DNA of 58,102 nucleotides from Candidatus Omnitrophota bacterium (GTDB lineage Bacteria; Omnitrophota; Gorgyraeia; Zapsychrales; Zapsychraceae): NCBI GenBank assembly GCA_018812705.1, contig JAHJCZ010000184.1, positions 1 to 58,102 of the forward strand, read 5' to 3'; not shown here. More notes on it, generated by a model (position 1 is the first letter of the stretch). It saw only the letters and a program-made list of their open reading frames with translations, ran no database searches and was not told where the DNA came from.

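Noticed and set aside
1684-57540. All plus-strand ORFs in the track (e.g. 39703-40593, 11716-12462, 4597-5133) and short off-frame minus-strand ORFs
   Set aside because: They are antisense or out-of-frame shadows of the giant frame, with S/L/F/T-rich composition and no motifs. Their mutual similarity just mirrors the sense-strand repeats.
1-58102. tRNA/rRNA/ncRNA, promoters, terminators
   Set aside because: There is no non-coding space and no recognisable RNA structure or hairpin-plus-U-tract.

Overview
The whole 58.1-kb AT-rich window is coding on the minus strand. It most likely represents an internal piece (~19,300 codons, open at both edges) of one giant multidomain membrane-protein gene, of the type reported from Omnitrophota and similar ultra-small bacteria (the taxonomy is inference). 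The supplied ORFs are joined by one in-frame TAA (51507-51509) and three -1 frameshifts (~32150, ~29650, ~20945). The ORF track misses a final ~6,980-codon frame (20945 to the left edge), which I translated by hand. N- to C-terminal order: CheR-like, 2x GGDEF, HD, kinase-like, CheR-like, SecA-like, low-complexity repeats, SecA-like, multi-TM block, GH73 + amidase_3 + M23-like, coiled coils, outer-membrane beta-barrel-like segment, clan GH-A glycosidase, TM, FKS1/callose synthase (GT48)-like glucan synthase, TPR, phosphodiester glycosidase, GNAT, papain/transglutaminase-like, rearranged HAD, ADP-ribosyltransferase-like, HEAT, YvcK/CofD-like, zincin, PTS enzyme I, TraB/GumN-like, zincin. Three observations stand out. 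(1) Six internal prepilin-peptidase-type motifs ([GA]-x-x-x-x-E, mostly [GA]-[FY]-T-x-x-E, each followed by TM helices), five internal signal-peptidase-I-like sequences and a recurring D-x-[AS]-x-L motif punctuate the domains, suggesting a bacterial polyprotein cut by membrane peptidases. (2) There is a eukaryote-type GT48-like glucan synthase in a bacterial-type gene. (3) Synthase, glucanase, barrel and peptidoglycan hydrolases lie in one chain. All domain calls come from motif recognition by eye, not from database searches. No RNA genes, CRISPR arrays or mobile elements were seen.
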